IMG/VR virus record: IMGVR_UViG_3300035228_000525
Location: 1 to 59,138 of that record
Length of the DNA stretch: 59,138 nt
Origin: a virus
Lineage: Duplodnaviria > Caudoviricetes
Reading direction: 5' to 3' (one strand)
Below the pieces are notes generated by a model. It was not told the origin of the DNA and ran no database searches. It was given only the letters and a program-made list of their open reading frames with translations. This document shows, one piece after another, positions 31,501 to 40,548 of this stretch (positions within the stretch are counted from its first letter, which is position 1; the number at the start of each line of letters is the position of its first letter). The translations under genes were made by a program, and so were the position numbers.

Positions 31501-32107
31501 TATTAAAGCCATATTTTGGAATATCTGTGTTTACTGCATTAAATCTATATTGTTGGTGGGGAACGCCGTCAACATTTTCCTTTTTGAGAGGTCGACCAAA
31601 TGTTCCATTAACTGGTAATGCAGTATTCATTATTTTAATAAATTGCTCATACCAATCAGTATTAGTAGGATCGTTCCATTGTATTTCTTGATTTGCTAAA
31701 TTAAAGTTGTTACTATCTACAACTTCTTCTGTTGTTGAAATGCTAGTAACTTTAAGTAACCCTTGTGCGGCTTGATTACGCTTTGGATTGTAAGAAAGTA
31801 ACCGTGCTAGACGGAGAACTGATTCTCTACGTTCAGCTAATTCTAAAAAGTTTTCTCTTGCATTTAGATCAATACGGAAGGAAATATTTTGACCTAAAAA
31901 AGCAATCAAATCAATTAAAGAAAGGTATTCGCTTGATTCAATATAATCATTAAAATCTTCAGGATAATTAGTCCTCAAGTATGATATCATTGTTCGTCTT
32001 AGATTATCAAAATCGTAGCTTTGAAAATCAGCGTTACGAAAACTTTGGTAAACCCTCTTCCAATCTTCTGCTACTAATAACCTATTTTGTCTATCTGTTG
32101 TTGACAT
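28574..32107 (-). CDS. gp6: Baseplate wedge protein (gp6-like)
   Basis: DFDNLRRTMISYLR..FNDYIESSE..ENFLELAERRESVLRLARLLSYNPKR, FSDGTFG, ESNDSIKQNAP..YTQNRMVTAEDY; adjacent to gp25. Confidence 0.85.
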   Translation of the reverse strand: MSTTDRQNRLLVAEDWKRVYQSFRNADFQSYDFDNLRRTMISYLRTNYPEDFNDYIESSEYLSLIDLIAFLGQNISFRIDLNARENFLELAERRESVLRLARLLSYNPKRNQAAQGLLKVTSISTTEEVVDSNNFNLANQEIQWNDPTNTDWYEQFIKIMNTALPVNGTFGRPLKKENVDGVPHQQYRFNAVNTDIPKYGFNKTVQGSSLDFEVVSTDIDSDLKSIQEEIPLTANSFAYLFKDDGKGPSSSNTGFFCMFKQGSLDSGQFVVNNPTTNQIIDIDATNINNDDVWLYKLDSSGQEAEYWTKVEAVEGNNVIYNSISKKVRTIYSVLTRVSDRVSLVFSDGTFGELPKGVFKVFYRTSNNQRYVIKPQDMTGIQVRVPYLSKSNVIETITLNLELKYTVSNSTTSESNDSIKQNAPSTYYTQNRMVTAEDYNVAPLGISQDIIKVKSVNRFASGISRYYDLLDSTGKYSSTNLFANDGIIYKENLTQKDSFPYTTQTDIESAITNKIEPILKDRRVLNYYLTNFTKIITSDLKAEWVQVTTDTNRGTGYLIDESDAKYKVGSFTANNLSLLEAGSLLKFEAPAGYHFMVGDKTTLMIGDANHPGSLTYKWVKVISVNGDGTTNTTAGLGPIVLNDSIPSTALLTEIRPKLSTKILNSVKTQIIDQAFANNTFGLRYDVSTRQWRIITEVNLNTTSPFSTGKTGDVSSQNLDASWLLWFKTDGEKYDITYRAMRYVYESDNEIKFYYDSSDKIYDNKTGKIIKDKIEVLSINTLPGSTTPFTKDYNFEITKEYRDNDGYVDTKKVEISFFDDDDDGVVDNPNSFIDIVQETISPTTKYIFEKKYTTTDGVEDFKYVKANVENISVLTTESAMNAYSSYDALEVFYYIDTGLFKQLSTDKLTLTQISTYKAFLGRSDLKFRYVHAADNNKRIDPSSTNLIDIYMLTRLYDNSYRQWLNGDIAVKPMPPSSDQLYRSYGVALDKIKSISDEVIYHPVKYKILFGPSAEASLQATFKIVKNVETVTNDNEIKSNVINAINEYFSLENWEFGESFYFSELSTYIMNQLAPNISSIVIVPNEDTQAFGSLYEIKSESDEIFISGATVADVDIIDSITATRLKATGNVVTASTETANTGIQSSSSSYNTTINSNSGSSSSSSSSSSSSSSSSGGYSY
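28592..28636. repeat. Perfect hexamer tandem repeat (GCTACT)7.5 encoding poly-Ser at the gp6 C-terminus
   Basis: Read directly; minus strand is alternating AGC/AGT codons. Confidence 0.95.
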
Positions 32108-32131
32108 ATATTACCTTCCTTCACTCACATG

Positions 32132-32139
32132 TATTTATT
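32132..32139 (-). promoter_or_regulatory. Late promoter-like AATAAATA
   Basis: In the gap upstream of gp6, followed by a GGAAGG RBS. Confidence 0.6.
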
Positions 32140-32163
32140 GGTTTAGGATAACTGCGTAGTTTA

Positions 32164-32616
32164 TTACGACATCAAACCATTGTTTTCATCAAATGTTAAA
32201 CGCATAGATTCTGATATGTTGTAAGGAAGATATGTAAGGTCTATTTCAATCTGTATTCCAGTCTCAAACGAATCAACTGTAACTTGATTTACTTGTGTGC
32301 GTGGATCATAGTTTACAATTTCAGTAACATTCTTTGCTACTGCACTTCTTAATTGATCTGTCATCGGTTCGAATAACACTTCCCAAATAATTGTTCCAAA
32401 TTCAGGATTTTCTAATTTTTCGCCTTGCCTAATATGAAAGTAGTTAATTAAGTCTTGCTTAATTAACGCAAGATCGTATAATGTAGTTGAAGTATTTTCA
32501 GGATTAACTGAACTTAATCCCCTGTATGCCTTCGACGCCGATTGTCTCGAAACAGTAGTTGACTTTCGGCCTGTAACTTTTATTCTTTCAAAAATATCTT
32601 TTTCTAATGTGCTCAT
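32164..32616 (-). CDS. gp25: Baseplate wedge/sheath initiator (gp25-like)
   Basis: LIKQDLINYFHIRQGEKLENPEFGTIIWEVLFEP..YDPR, the GPW/gp25 signature. Confidence 0.9.
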   Translation of the reverse strand: MSTLEKDIFERIKVTGRKSTTVSRQSASKAYRGLSSVNPENTSTTLYDLALIKQDLINYFHIRQGEKLENPEFGTIIWEVLFEPMTDQLRSAVAKNVTEIVNYDPRTQVNQVTVDSFETGIQIEIDLTYLPYNISESMRLTFDENNGLMS

Positions 32617-32620
32617 AACG

Positions 32621-32628
32621 TATTTACC
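32621..32628 (-). promoter_or_regulatory. Late promoter-like GGTAAATA
   Basis: TAAATA core 4 nt upstream of the gp25 ATG. Confidence 0.5.
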
Positions 32629-32631
32629 TAC

Positions 32632-33399
32632 TTAGGTTGTGGTGCTTTCTGTACCTGTTGAAGTTGCATCAACAACAAGTTTATCTGCACCAAATAGCGG
32701 TTTATCAAACTCTGCTGGTAGATCCCAATTTCTTTTAATATTTACAACATACTGGCTTGTATTTGAAACACTATATGTTGATATTTTAACATCATTTCCT
32801 TGATTCCCGCCAAGCACCTTAAGTTTGTTTGTTTTTGGATCTGCACCTACTATAAATCCAATATGCCCGCCTGAACGCTTCCTTGATTTAAAAACTACAA
32901 TGTCTAAATAACGAATTTTATCTAATGTCCTCCAGTCAACTTCAGAACCATATGTTCTATATGTTTGACTTCCCATTGAACGTAAACTTTCTATCCCAGC
33001 ATTTTTTAATGCCCAACTTACAAATGCCGCACACCAAGCATTAGCCATTGAGCTACCGTCGCTCTTATAAGATAACCCGCATACTTCGTAGGTAGCTAAT
33101 ATATTTGGATTTCCAGGATTACCTCTTTCTTTCCAATCTCCGGCATTTGCGTTTTCTAGTATTGCTTTAAGTTTTTCATAACCAGGACCTGATGGAACTG
33201 GGCCAACGTCAGCATATGCTATTGGTGATCCTTTATTTGCATTCATGCCGCCAATAGATTGAGGATAATCACCTTCTAAATTTGATGCTTCGCCAGTATA
33301 ATTAAATCTGCCAGATTCTAAATCTGCGGCTTGATAGCTAAGATCTGATATTGATCTTGGTCTTACTACTTTTGCTTCAGGTATAAAAACATTACACAT
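32632..33399 (-). CDS. TIGR02594-like NlpC/P60 (CHAP-type) cell-wall hydrolase
   Basis: NPNIL..AWCAAFVSWAL..DIVVF..GGHIGF..VLGGNQGN with the Cys/His catalytic pair. Confidence 0.8.
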   Translation of the reverse strand: MCNVFIPEAKVVRPRSISDLSYQAADLESGRFNYTGEASNLEGDYPQSIGGMNANKGSPIAYADVGPVPSGPGYEKLKAILENANAGDWKERGNPGNPNILATYEVCGLSYKSDGSSMANAWCAAFVSWALKNAGIESLRSMGSQTYRTYGSEVDWRTLDKIRYLDIVVFKSRKRSGGHIGFIVGADPKTNKLKVLGGNQGNDVKISTYSVSNTSQYVVNIKRNWDLPAEFDKPLFGADKLVVDATSTGTESTTT

Positions 33400-36143
33400 T
33401 AGAACGGTCCTTTACGTCTTTCTTGAACGCCACCGGCATCTTGAACATTTTTGCTAATATTAGCAGTTTGTTCAGCTTTAGGTTCTTCTAACCAAGAGCT
33501 ATCAATTTTTTTACGGAATGCTAAATCTTTAGGATATGCATGATCAAATCCTCCAGGATTAATACATAATCTTAAATCACCTAATATTCCTTTTCCTCTA
33601 TTAGGCTTATATCTTTCTAAAAGATATTGTGCGGCAATATCACAACTAGTTACATAATCTGTTTTGAGCAAATCTGGATTATCTAAAATTGTAACACCAA
33701 ATGGATTTTTGTTTGTTTCTAGACCTATACCAGATCCTGGAGGGCCGTCTTTTAATGTTTCGTCTATAAGTCCTGCTTTTTTGCCAAATCTTTCATAATT
33801 ATCTCTACCAGTTAGCTGTATAATTCCTCTACCAATATAGTTTCCGCCATCGCCATCAAATTGATTTCCTAGCTCTAAACCTTTTTTATTATTATTACCA
33901 TATACTAGTTCAAAGAAAGAAGTTTTTGTAGATTTTGCTGAAGTTAAAGCGCCTTCGCTAACTCCTCTAGTTGCTGTTTTAAATATACTTCTAATATAGC
34001 TATTAGTATTATTACCATAACTTGCTTCTTCTGCAGGGAGTAAATTACTTTCAGTATTACATACTGCAATAATTGATAGTAATGTTTCGTCGTCTGTAAA
34101 TCCTGCGGCTCGCATACGTGACGCTAATATTCTACCTCTTTCACGCTTATCACCTGTAATAGGTGCTCCTGTTGCGTTTCTAGTTCCTGTTTTTCTTCTA
34201 TCAACTGTATCATACTCACCAAATTGTCCGCCATACTCATTTTGTGTAGTGCCCGGATCAACGTAAGTTCCGCTTGAGCTAACTCCTACATCACCTGCAT
34301 CGTTTGTTTTAGGTTCAAGTTTTGGAGTTGGTTGTCCAAACACCGGTACACCAATTTGTTTTGCAAAGGTATCAGAAATACGTGGTACATATGTTTGTTC
34401 TTGATGCGTGTTTGCTACAGTTTTTTCTGGTGTGTAAAGTGCCGGATTTAAGTGTTCGTGTTCGTACCAAGGTTCATGCTGTGGTATTCTAGATGCTTGA
34501 TCAGCTAATGTAGGAGGTTCCGGAGCAGTCGGTGTTGGAGCAACAGGCACAGTTGCACCTTCTGCTTGTCCTGCGGCCGCAAGCGAAGCAATAGCACCAT
34601 CTGAGTTTAAATCTATTTGTCCTGCTGTTGCTTTAATTGTAGATCCGCCATTAATATCTAAACTAGTAGTTGACGAAATTTTTGTTGCTTCAGCACCTAA
34701 TATATCTAATGTATTTTCACTATGTATTCTCATACTAGCAGTACTCTGTACAGCCATTTCGCCTGTTGATTTAATATCTGTTTCACCTTTACTTTGAATA
34801 TGTAAATCTGTACCTAAATGTATATGTCCTTCTTTGTCTGCGTTTAAATGAAAATTATTAAATGCATCAATGTTTACGTTTGCACCTGCAGATCCAATGA
34901 ATACATTATCAGCTGATAAAAAATTTGCATTTTCAGTTGAAGAATATGTTGAATTTCCTTCTGCATGTTGTGTAATATTTTCACCAGCCGCTATTTCATA
35001 TGCATCGCCTACATTCCATAATGCATTTGCTCCTGCAACAAAATTCATATTAGATCCTGTTGTGGCTTTAATGTCTTTACCTACAACCATATTTAAATTT
35101 TTTCCAGCTGTAAAATTTATATCTCTATCTGCTGTAAAATTTAAATCAACTTGTGTATGCACACTAATACTATCTGCGGCATAAATGTCAATTTTACCAT
35201 TTGAAGTAAGTTCAATCCAAGCAGTACCTTTTGCATTTCCTATATAGATTAAGTCCTCAGTATTATGCATCAATAATTGATGTCCTGTACGAGTTCTTAA
35301 TCGTAGTAGTTCGTTAGCAGGTAATGTAGGATCGCCGCCTTCTTCGGCCGCTTCAAGATTTACATACTCCATAGGAGAATCTTCAGCTTTGCCCTTTCTT
35401 ATAAATTTATCGTCGCCGTCATCCATAACAAACGACGATCCACCTAATCGATGAGTATGGATACTAGCTTTTGTACCAAAAGGCCCTAGGCCATCCTTAG
35501 GTGCATTTGGTCTTTTATCAAGTGGGCCACCTGTACTAATACCAAATACTGCACTAGGAACTTCTCTTCTAGCACTCGACGTAGTAATACCTCTAATATC
35601 GTCTTGGAGTAATCCTTGTTGTATTAAACTTCTTGCTAAATCACCGTGTACCGGCTTTCTATATTTTGTAGCATCTTTAAGTTTTACAGAATTTAGTCGC
35701 TTATTATATTCTGTAGCAGGTGCTCTACTACCAAAATCTGCTAAATTATCTGTACCAGCATATCCTGGAAGCATAAAGTTCATATTTTCTTCTTGTACAC
35801 ATCCTATCCAAAATGCTTTAGATAAATTTTCTTCTACAAGTATTACTAATACAGTAGTTCCGACATCTGGAGGGATGCCCCAAAAACCATATGACTTTTG
35901 TGAATGTTTATATCCTTCATTATTTGATGTTGCAGTTAGCGGTGTTACTCCATAAAACGGACTTAGATATCTAGCTTCGACCATTTGTCCAGTACGTTCA
36001 GGTTGGTTACCCGATGCTGTTTGTTTTAATAATTCAACTTGGAGTGTTCCCATGTAATGAGGATCTAGATGATTAACTACAATAGCCTCAAATGGGCCAG
36101 TAGAACTTTTGTTAATATAATTTTTAGCTCTCTTAGCAACCAT
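33399..36143 (-). CDS. Baseplate central spike (gp5/VgrG-like) with C-terminal GH19 lysozyme/chitinase-like domain
   Basis: N-terminal OB-fold (DPHYMGTLQV..PPDVGTTVLV..FWIGC), LRTRTGHQLLM, beta-helix repeats, then TESNL..E and GDGGNYIGRGIIQLTGRDNY (GH19). Confidence 0.8.
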   Translation of the reverse strand: MVAKRAKNYINKSSTGPFEAIVVNHLDPHYMGTLQVELLKQTASGNQPERTGQMVEARYLSPFYGVTPLTATSNNEGYKHSQKSYGFWGIPPDVGTTVLVILVEENLSKAFWIGCVQEENMNFMLPGYAGTDNLADFGSRAPATEYNKRLNSVKLKDATKYRKPVHGDLARSLIQQGLLQDDIRGITTSSARREVPSAVFGISTGGPLDKRPNAPKDGLGPFGTKASIHTHRLGGSSFVMDDGDDKFIRKGKAEDSPMEYVNLEAAEEGGDPTLPANELLRLRTRTGHQLLMHNTEDLIYIGNAKGTAWIELTSNGKIDIYAADSISVHTQVDLNFTADRDINFTAGKNLNMVVGKDIKATTGSNMNFVAGANALWNVGDAYEIAAGENITQHAEGNSTYSSTENANFLSADNVFIGSAGANVNIDAFNNFHLNADKEGHIHLGTDLHIQSKGETDIKSTGEMAVQSTASMRIHSENTLDILGAEATKISSTTSLDINGGSTIKATAGQIDLNSDGAIASLAAAGQAEGATVPVAPTPTAPEPPTLADQASRIPQHEPWYEHEHLNPALYTPEKTVANTHQEQTYVPRISDTFAKQIGVPVFGQPTPKLEPKTNDAGDVGVSSSGTYVDPGTTQNEYGGQFGEYDTVDRRKTGTRNATGAPITGDKRERGRILASRMRAAGFTDDETLLSIIAVCNTESNLLPAEEASYGNNTNSYIRSIFKTATRGVSEGALTSAKSTKTSFFELVYGNNNKKGLELGNQFDGDGGNYIGRGIIQLTGRDNYERFGKKAGLIDETLKDGPPGSGIGLETNKNPFGVTILDNPDLLKTDYVTSCDIAAQYLLERYKPNRGKGILGDLRLCINPGGFDHAYPKDLAFRKKIDSSWLEEPKAEQTANISKNVQDAGGVQERRKGPF

Positions 36144-39100
36144 TAGTTAAATTGCTCCCATCTACCAGTAAGATCGTTTTTAATTCTTCTACTACCACCA
36201 AGGTCTACTTTTGGTAAATTTACTTCTGGTAGTGTTAATTTATTTTTTATTCTATTTGCCTCAGCCTCGGTCATTCCGCCGATTGTATTAACACTATTAT
36301 AGCCGTCAATATTTCCAATATAAGAAGTTGCTCCGCCTATTTTATTTTTTAAATTATTGTTTAATGAATTAATTTCTGCTGATCCTATTGCGGCTGACTG
36401 CCTAGCCGCGGCACTTATTGATCCCACACTTGGACCAATTCCGCCAAAGGCTGATAAGTCTGGTGCGGCCGGTAGTGTACTTGTCAAAATTTGATCCAAT
36501 TTAACTCCAGTATATCCTTCAAGATTAGTTACAATTCCTTGGAAGTTACTTCCAACTTTTGCTAGGTCAAAATCTCCCATAGAAGCTTCTAACTGTTTGG
36601 CTAAATCACCAACTCTTCCAAACGTAGCTAGTGCATCACTATTTAACGATGCCTTTGCTTGTTCAGCAATAGTTCCGAGTTCTTGTATTGTTGGTAGCAG
36701 TTCTGCTAATTCATCTTGATATGCTATTATATTACTAGGAAAATCTATTTCTTGTATTGCTTTATTTGCTAGTGTTTGTGCTTTTAGTGCTATTTCGTTT
36801 AACGCTTCAATTTGTTCAGCTTTTACTAGTGCTGATGTAGCGGCAGTACTATTAGTATTTTGTTGATTTGGCATTCTTAATAATACTAGATCTTGTGTAA
36901 ATTTATTTTGTTCAAATTTATGGTTAACTTCGTTTACTTTATAAATGCCACTAAACGACTCTACTAATAATAAATCTTCAGGAAATGTGTATTCTCCGTA
37001 ATCTGTATTAATATCAATCGGAGTTCTAAAAAGTACATTTATATATATTTGACCGTTGTTATAATTAGCAGTACCATCACTAGTCATTCCACTAAATGAA
37101 GTATCTCCTGCATGGTAATTTCCAGCACCATTATCGCTTAGATAAAATGGGTCACCTATAATGTTTAAGTTTACATTAACCATATCCGGAGTTGCGGCAT
37201 TTAAATTATCATTAAACATTCTAGTAATTGCAATATCTGAATTAGATATTTCACTACCGCCTCTAGCTTTTGCTATAGCATTAATACTTTCAATTTGATT
37301 AGGCATACCTTCTGGAGGAACGTAAGCACTGTCGTCGGAAAACGCCATGCCGTCTCCAGTTTTTAATGCCATATCTGGGTTACCTGCAACTGCTTGGCTA
37401 CCCGCTCCTTTTCTTTGGTTAGCACTACTTGAACCTACGTCTGCACTAAATGCACGGTTGTATTGAAATTCATATAATATCTCAAGATCTATAATATCTT
37501 TATTCTTACCAGTATAGATATAATTGTATTCTTTTGCTACTTCTTGTTTTAGTTTATCTATGCCAACCGAAGGTGTTGCTGGATTAGCAAAGATACTAGA
37601 ATGTACTTGATACGGTACAACTCTATAAACATATATATTTGCTGAAGTACCAGTTCTAGCAACTTCAGAGTTATCGCCTACAGGATACACATCGGCTTCA
37701 ACTTTGTACCAAGTAACCATCCCTGTAGGATCTTTAATATCTTGTAATTGTTGTGCAAGTGATTGTCCGTATGTGCTTACAATTAAAACTTCTTCAATAA
37801 TCTGTGTTATTTTTGTTCCAGAACTAAATTTAAACATTCTGTTACTACCACTAGTTTGGAGCTCAGCTGATCCTCTTGCAAAAATAGGATAAGTGTCTTT
37901 CATTTCTTGAGAAAATTTTGGCTGACCCATTGGCGATTGTCCTGTTTCAACCGTATTATTAATAACTGGGCTCATTCCAATTACATTAGTTGCAAAATCA
38001 CTATTTGCATATTCTTTAAATGCTTTACCTAAATCTGATGAAGCCTTAACTCTACCTGTAATACTATTAACATACTCGTCGTAATTTAAAGGAACTTCGC
38101 CGTCTGCATCGCCGGTAATAGATCTATATATTTCAGTAAGCTCTCGTTTAGATATACGTCCTGATGTATCAAATTCTCCGTAATCACCGCCGTATTGAGA
38201 TGTGGCCATAGGAGTCTTTTTCTGGGTAGCAGGCGGTGGCTTTCCAGAAGCACTTGTTTTATCTTCTGGAAAGATAATAACATATTGGTCGCCTACGTTT
38301 ACTTGATTTTTTTCTTCTTTATCTTGTTGTCTAGTATTTAATAACGTTGTTAGGCTCTGACCTCCGGACTGTAATATTTCTCTAACAGTTCTACCAGTAA
38401 TATTAACATCTGTTTTCATAGACTGTACATCGTCTTGAAATCCTCTTTCATTGCTTATTAATGCCTTACAACTATATTCTGATCCTGCGCCTGTAACATT
38501 AAAAACCGACTCATTAATAATAATTGGAATAAATCTTCTAGAATAAGGTGCAACTCCCATATTGCCGTCTTCGTCTGTTCCTACAAATTCAATAGTAAGC
38601 ATAAAATTACATTGTAAATAATTTGCCCATCCGCCGTCAATTGCGGCAGTTTTTAAAGACTGGTAAAACAATCCCATACTGTATGGCTCGGTAACTGTAA
38701 ACGAAATATTATTTACGTTTGCATTTCCTGCTACAGGTGATACAATAGAATTCATTTCTAAATTATCTATAAAAAATTCTACAGTTTTACCTAATACTTT
38801 TTCGTATGCTGTCCTAACTTTTTTAGTGCCAGCACCCCCGCTTCGACAAATTATTGATTCAGGACGTACTCCTGCACTTCTATACGTTCCGTCAGGATCT
38901 GCTACTTCTTCTTTGCTTAGGGCTGAAAGAGTTATAATTGAATTCATACTAGCAAATCCTTCAAGCTCATTTGGCCAAGGACCAGGACTTTGTCCAGGAA
39001 CCATTTGTCCAGGTTTAATCTTAGTTCCTATACTTCCTGGTTTTGAATCAAAATTGTTACTATATGATCTACTATTTGCTGTTGCATTAAAAATTCTATC

Positions 39101-39304
39101 TGTTACTTTACCGATAGCACTGCCGTCATTTAATCCAAGATCCGATAATACGTTTCCAATTGACCCTGATGTAAAATTATCAATTTCATTTGTAAACTTT
39201 TTAAAATCTGTTTCTATCTGTCCTGCAATATCAGGAACAAGGTCTTTCATAGAACTTACTTTTTTAGTTATATTATTTCTTAATGCATTAAAATTAGGTG
39301 GCAT
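36143..39304 (-). CDS. Baseplate hub protein (gp27/VgrG N-terminal-like)
   Basis: Lies directly upstream of the spike; FTVTEPYSMGL, LNIIGDPFYL, FSGIYKVNEVNHKF..FTQDLVLLR resemble hub C-terminal motifs. Confidence 0.6.
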   Translation of the reverse strand: MPPNFNALRNNITKKVSSMKDLVPDIAGQIETDFKKFTNEIDNFTSGSIGNVLSDLGLNDGSAIGKVTDRIFNATANSRSYSNNFDSKPGSIGTKIKPGQMVPGQSPGPWPNELEGFASMNSIITLSALSKEEVADPDGTYRSAGVRPESIICRSGGAGTKKVRTAYEKVLGKTVEFFIDNLEMNSIVSPVAGNANVNNISFTVTEPYSMGLFYQSLKTAAIDGGWANYLQCNFMLTIEFVGTDEDGNMGVAPYSRRFIPIIINESVFNVTGAGSEYSCKALISNERGFQDDVQSMKTDVNITGRTVREILQSGGQSLTTLLNTRQQDKEEKNQVNVGDQYVIIFPEDKTSASGKPPPATQKKTPMATSQYGGDYGEFDTSGRISKRELTEIYRSITGDADGEVPLNYDEYVNSITGRVKASSDLGKAFKEYANSDFATNVIGMSPVINNTVETGQSPMGQPKFSQEMKDTYPIFARGSAELQTSGSNRMFKFSSGTKITQIIEEVLIVSTYGQSLAQQLQDIKDPTGMVTWYKVEADVYPVGDNSEVARTGTSANIYVYRVVPYQVHSSIFANPATPSVGIDKLKQEVAKEYNYIYTGKNKDIIDLEILYEFQYNRAFSADVGSSSANQRKGAGSQAVAGNPDMALKTGDGMAFSDDSAYVPPEGMPNQIESINAIAKARGGSEISNSDIAITRMFNDNLNAATPDMVNVNLNIIGDPFYLSDNGAGNYHAGDTSFSGMTSDGTANYNNGQIYINVLFRTPIDINTDYGEYTFPEDLLLVESFSGIYKVNEVNHKFEQNKFTQDLVLLRMPNQQNTNSTAATSALVKAEQIEALNEIALKAQTLANKAIQEIDFPSNIIAYQDELAELLPTIQELGTIAEQAKASLNSDALATFGRVGDLAKQLEASMGDFDLAKVGSNFQGIVTNLEGYTGVKLDQILTSTLPAAPDLSAFGGIGPSVGSISAAARQSAAIGSAEINSLNNNLKNKIGGATSYIGNIDGYNSVNTIGGMTEAEANRIKNKLTLPEVNLPKVDLGGSRRIKNDLTGRWEQFN

Positions 39305-39307
39305 AGT

Positions 39308-39610
39308 TTAAATTCCTAACATTTGTTTTAATGCAGGACCCTTAGGTAAGTAAATTTCTAAGCCTGCTTCAATATCATATACTGGATCTTTAATTGAATC
39401 CATATTACGTTGAGCAAATACCCACCATAATTTAGGAGTTCCGTATAAATCGTATGCTAATAAATCTGGCCTATGTGTATATTGAGCTTCAATTACATAA
39501 AGCACATCGTCTGATTCTGCAGGAACTGGCCTGATTTCAAAATGATTTAGATATCTTCTGTTTACTATTTTAGTATTTTTCCAGGGACTAGTATTAGAAT
39601 AAGATGCCAT
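39308..39610 (-). CDS. Baseplate wedge protein, LysM-like (gp53/tail X-like)
   Basis: RPDLLAYDLYGTPKLWWVFAQRN..GLEIYLP. Confidence 0.8.
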   Translation of the reverse strand: MASYSNTSPWKNTKIVNRRYLNHFEIRPVPAESDDVLYVIEAQYTHRPDLLAYDLYGTPKLWWVFAQRNMDSIKDPVYDIEAGLEIYLPKGPALKQMLGI

Positions 39611-40461
39611 TAAATAATTCCTCTACTTATTAAGTCACCGCTAACAAAGTCATTTAAATTAAATTCTGACTGTGTTGCTCTACTATAAATTGGTTGCACT
39701 GTTACTGATATTAAACTTTGTGACGGAACCCATGTATCTGGTCCGCTTTGTGATGTTGGGTCCGGATAATAATCAGCAGTTCCTTCGTCAGTTCCTCCAG
39801 ACATTGTTGCTTTAATATAATCTACATCTTGTGGTAAATCAATATTAAATGAAGTTACCACACAAGGGACATCGTTAAACACAAATTCTCCGTACCCATT
39901 TAATTTTATAATAGGAGGCGGATTACCAACATTATCTCCGTTACCATAAAACATTTTAGTTACAGTACGTAGATATGTTACTGCGGCTATCCAATATTGT
40001 GCATCGATATTATTTTCAACAAAAAAGTCTCCTGCTATAGTTATAGCGTCCACAGCTGAGCTTTGATAATTAAAAAAAGGATAATTAGTATGTATAGGTT
40101 GCAATGCATTATAACTTGCAGAGTGGGAGAAGATTATACTTGGCGTAAAAGGAAACACCATACGGTTGTTTGTGCGAGTTAGTGGACTTAATAGAGCCTT
40201 AGGCATTCCTTGCATTATAGGAGGAATACTTAAACTAACACGCCAATCATTTTCGCCTCTAGGAGTTTTTACTGTTGCTCCTGTGCGTGTTTTAAATGTT
40301 GGCATTGCATCTGTAGGTAAATTTATACCACGTATACCTTTCATAAAACCTAGTGGATTATCAGCAAATGCTTGTACTGAGTCTACGGTTCTTTTAACAG
40401 TATTAACTATATTAATTGCACTGCCGAAAGTCTTTTGTAAACTTTGGAATGGGTTTGGCAT
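39610..40461 (-). CDS. Tail tube initiator/baseplate-tube junction protein (gp48/gp54-like)
   Basis: VFPFTPSI..PPPIIKLNGYG..FNDVPCVVTSF..WVP...ISVTVQPI; first gene of the baseplate operon. Confidence 0.6.
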   Translation of the reverse strand: MPNPFQSLQKTFGSAINIVNTVKRTVDSVQAFADNPLGFMKGIRGINLPTDAMPTFKTRTGATVKTPRGENDWRVSLSIPPIMQGMPKALLSPLTRTNNRMVFPFTPSIIFSHSASYNALQPIHTNYPFFNYQSSAVDAITIAGDFFVENNIDAQYWIAAVTYLRTVTKMFYGNGDNVGNPPPIIKLNGYGEFVFNDVPCVVTSFNIDLPQDVDYIKATMSGGTDEGTADYYPDPTSQSGPDTWVPSQSLISVTVQPIYSRATQSEFNLNDFVSGDLISRGII

Positions 40462-40482
40462 AACGTCTCCTTCTTATAGTAT

Positions 40483-40490
40483 TATTTAGT
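40483..40490 (-). promoter_or_regulatory. Late promoter-like ACTAAATA for the baseplate operon
   Basis: TAAATA core followed by AGGAG RBS and ATG 40461; back-to-back with the gp55 promoter. Confidence 0.6.
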
Positions 40491-40518
40491 TGACTTTTTA
40501 ATGTATGTATATTATAAT
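40490..40518 (+). promoter_or_regulatory. Sigma70-type promoter TTGACT-17-TATAAT
   Basis: TTGACT 40490-40495, TATAAT 40513-40518, upstream of gp55. Confidence 0.85.
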
Positions 40519-40548
40519 ATATGTAACATCTTATAACTTGGAGAAACT

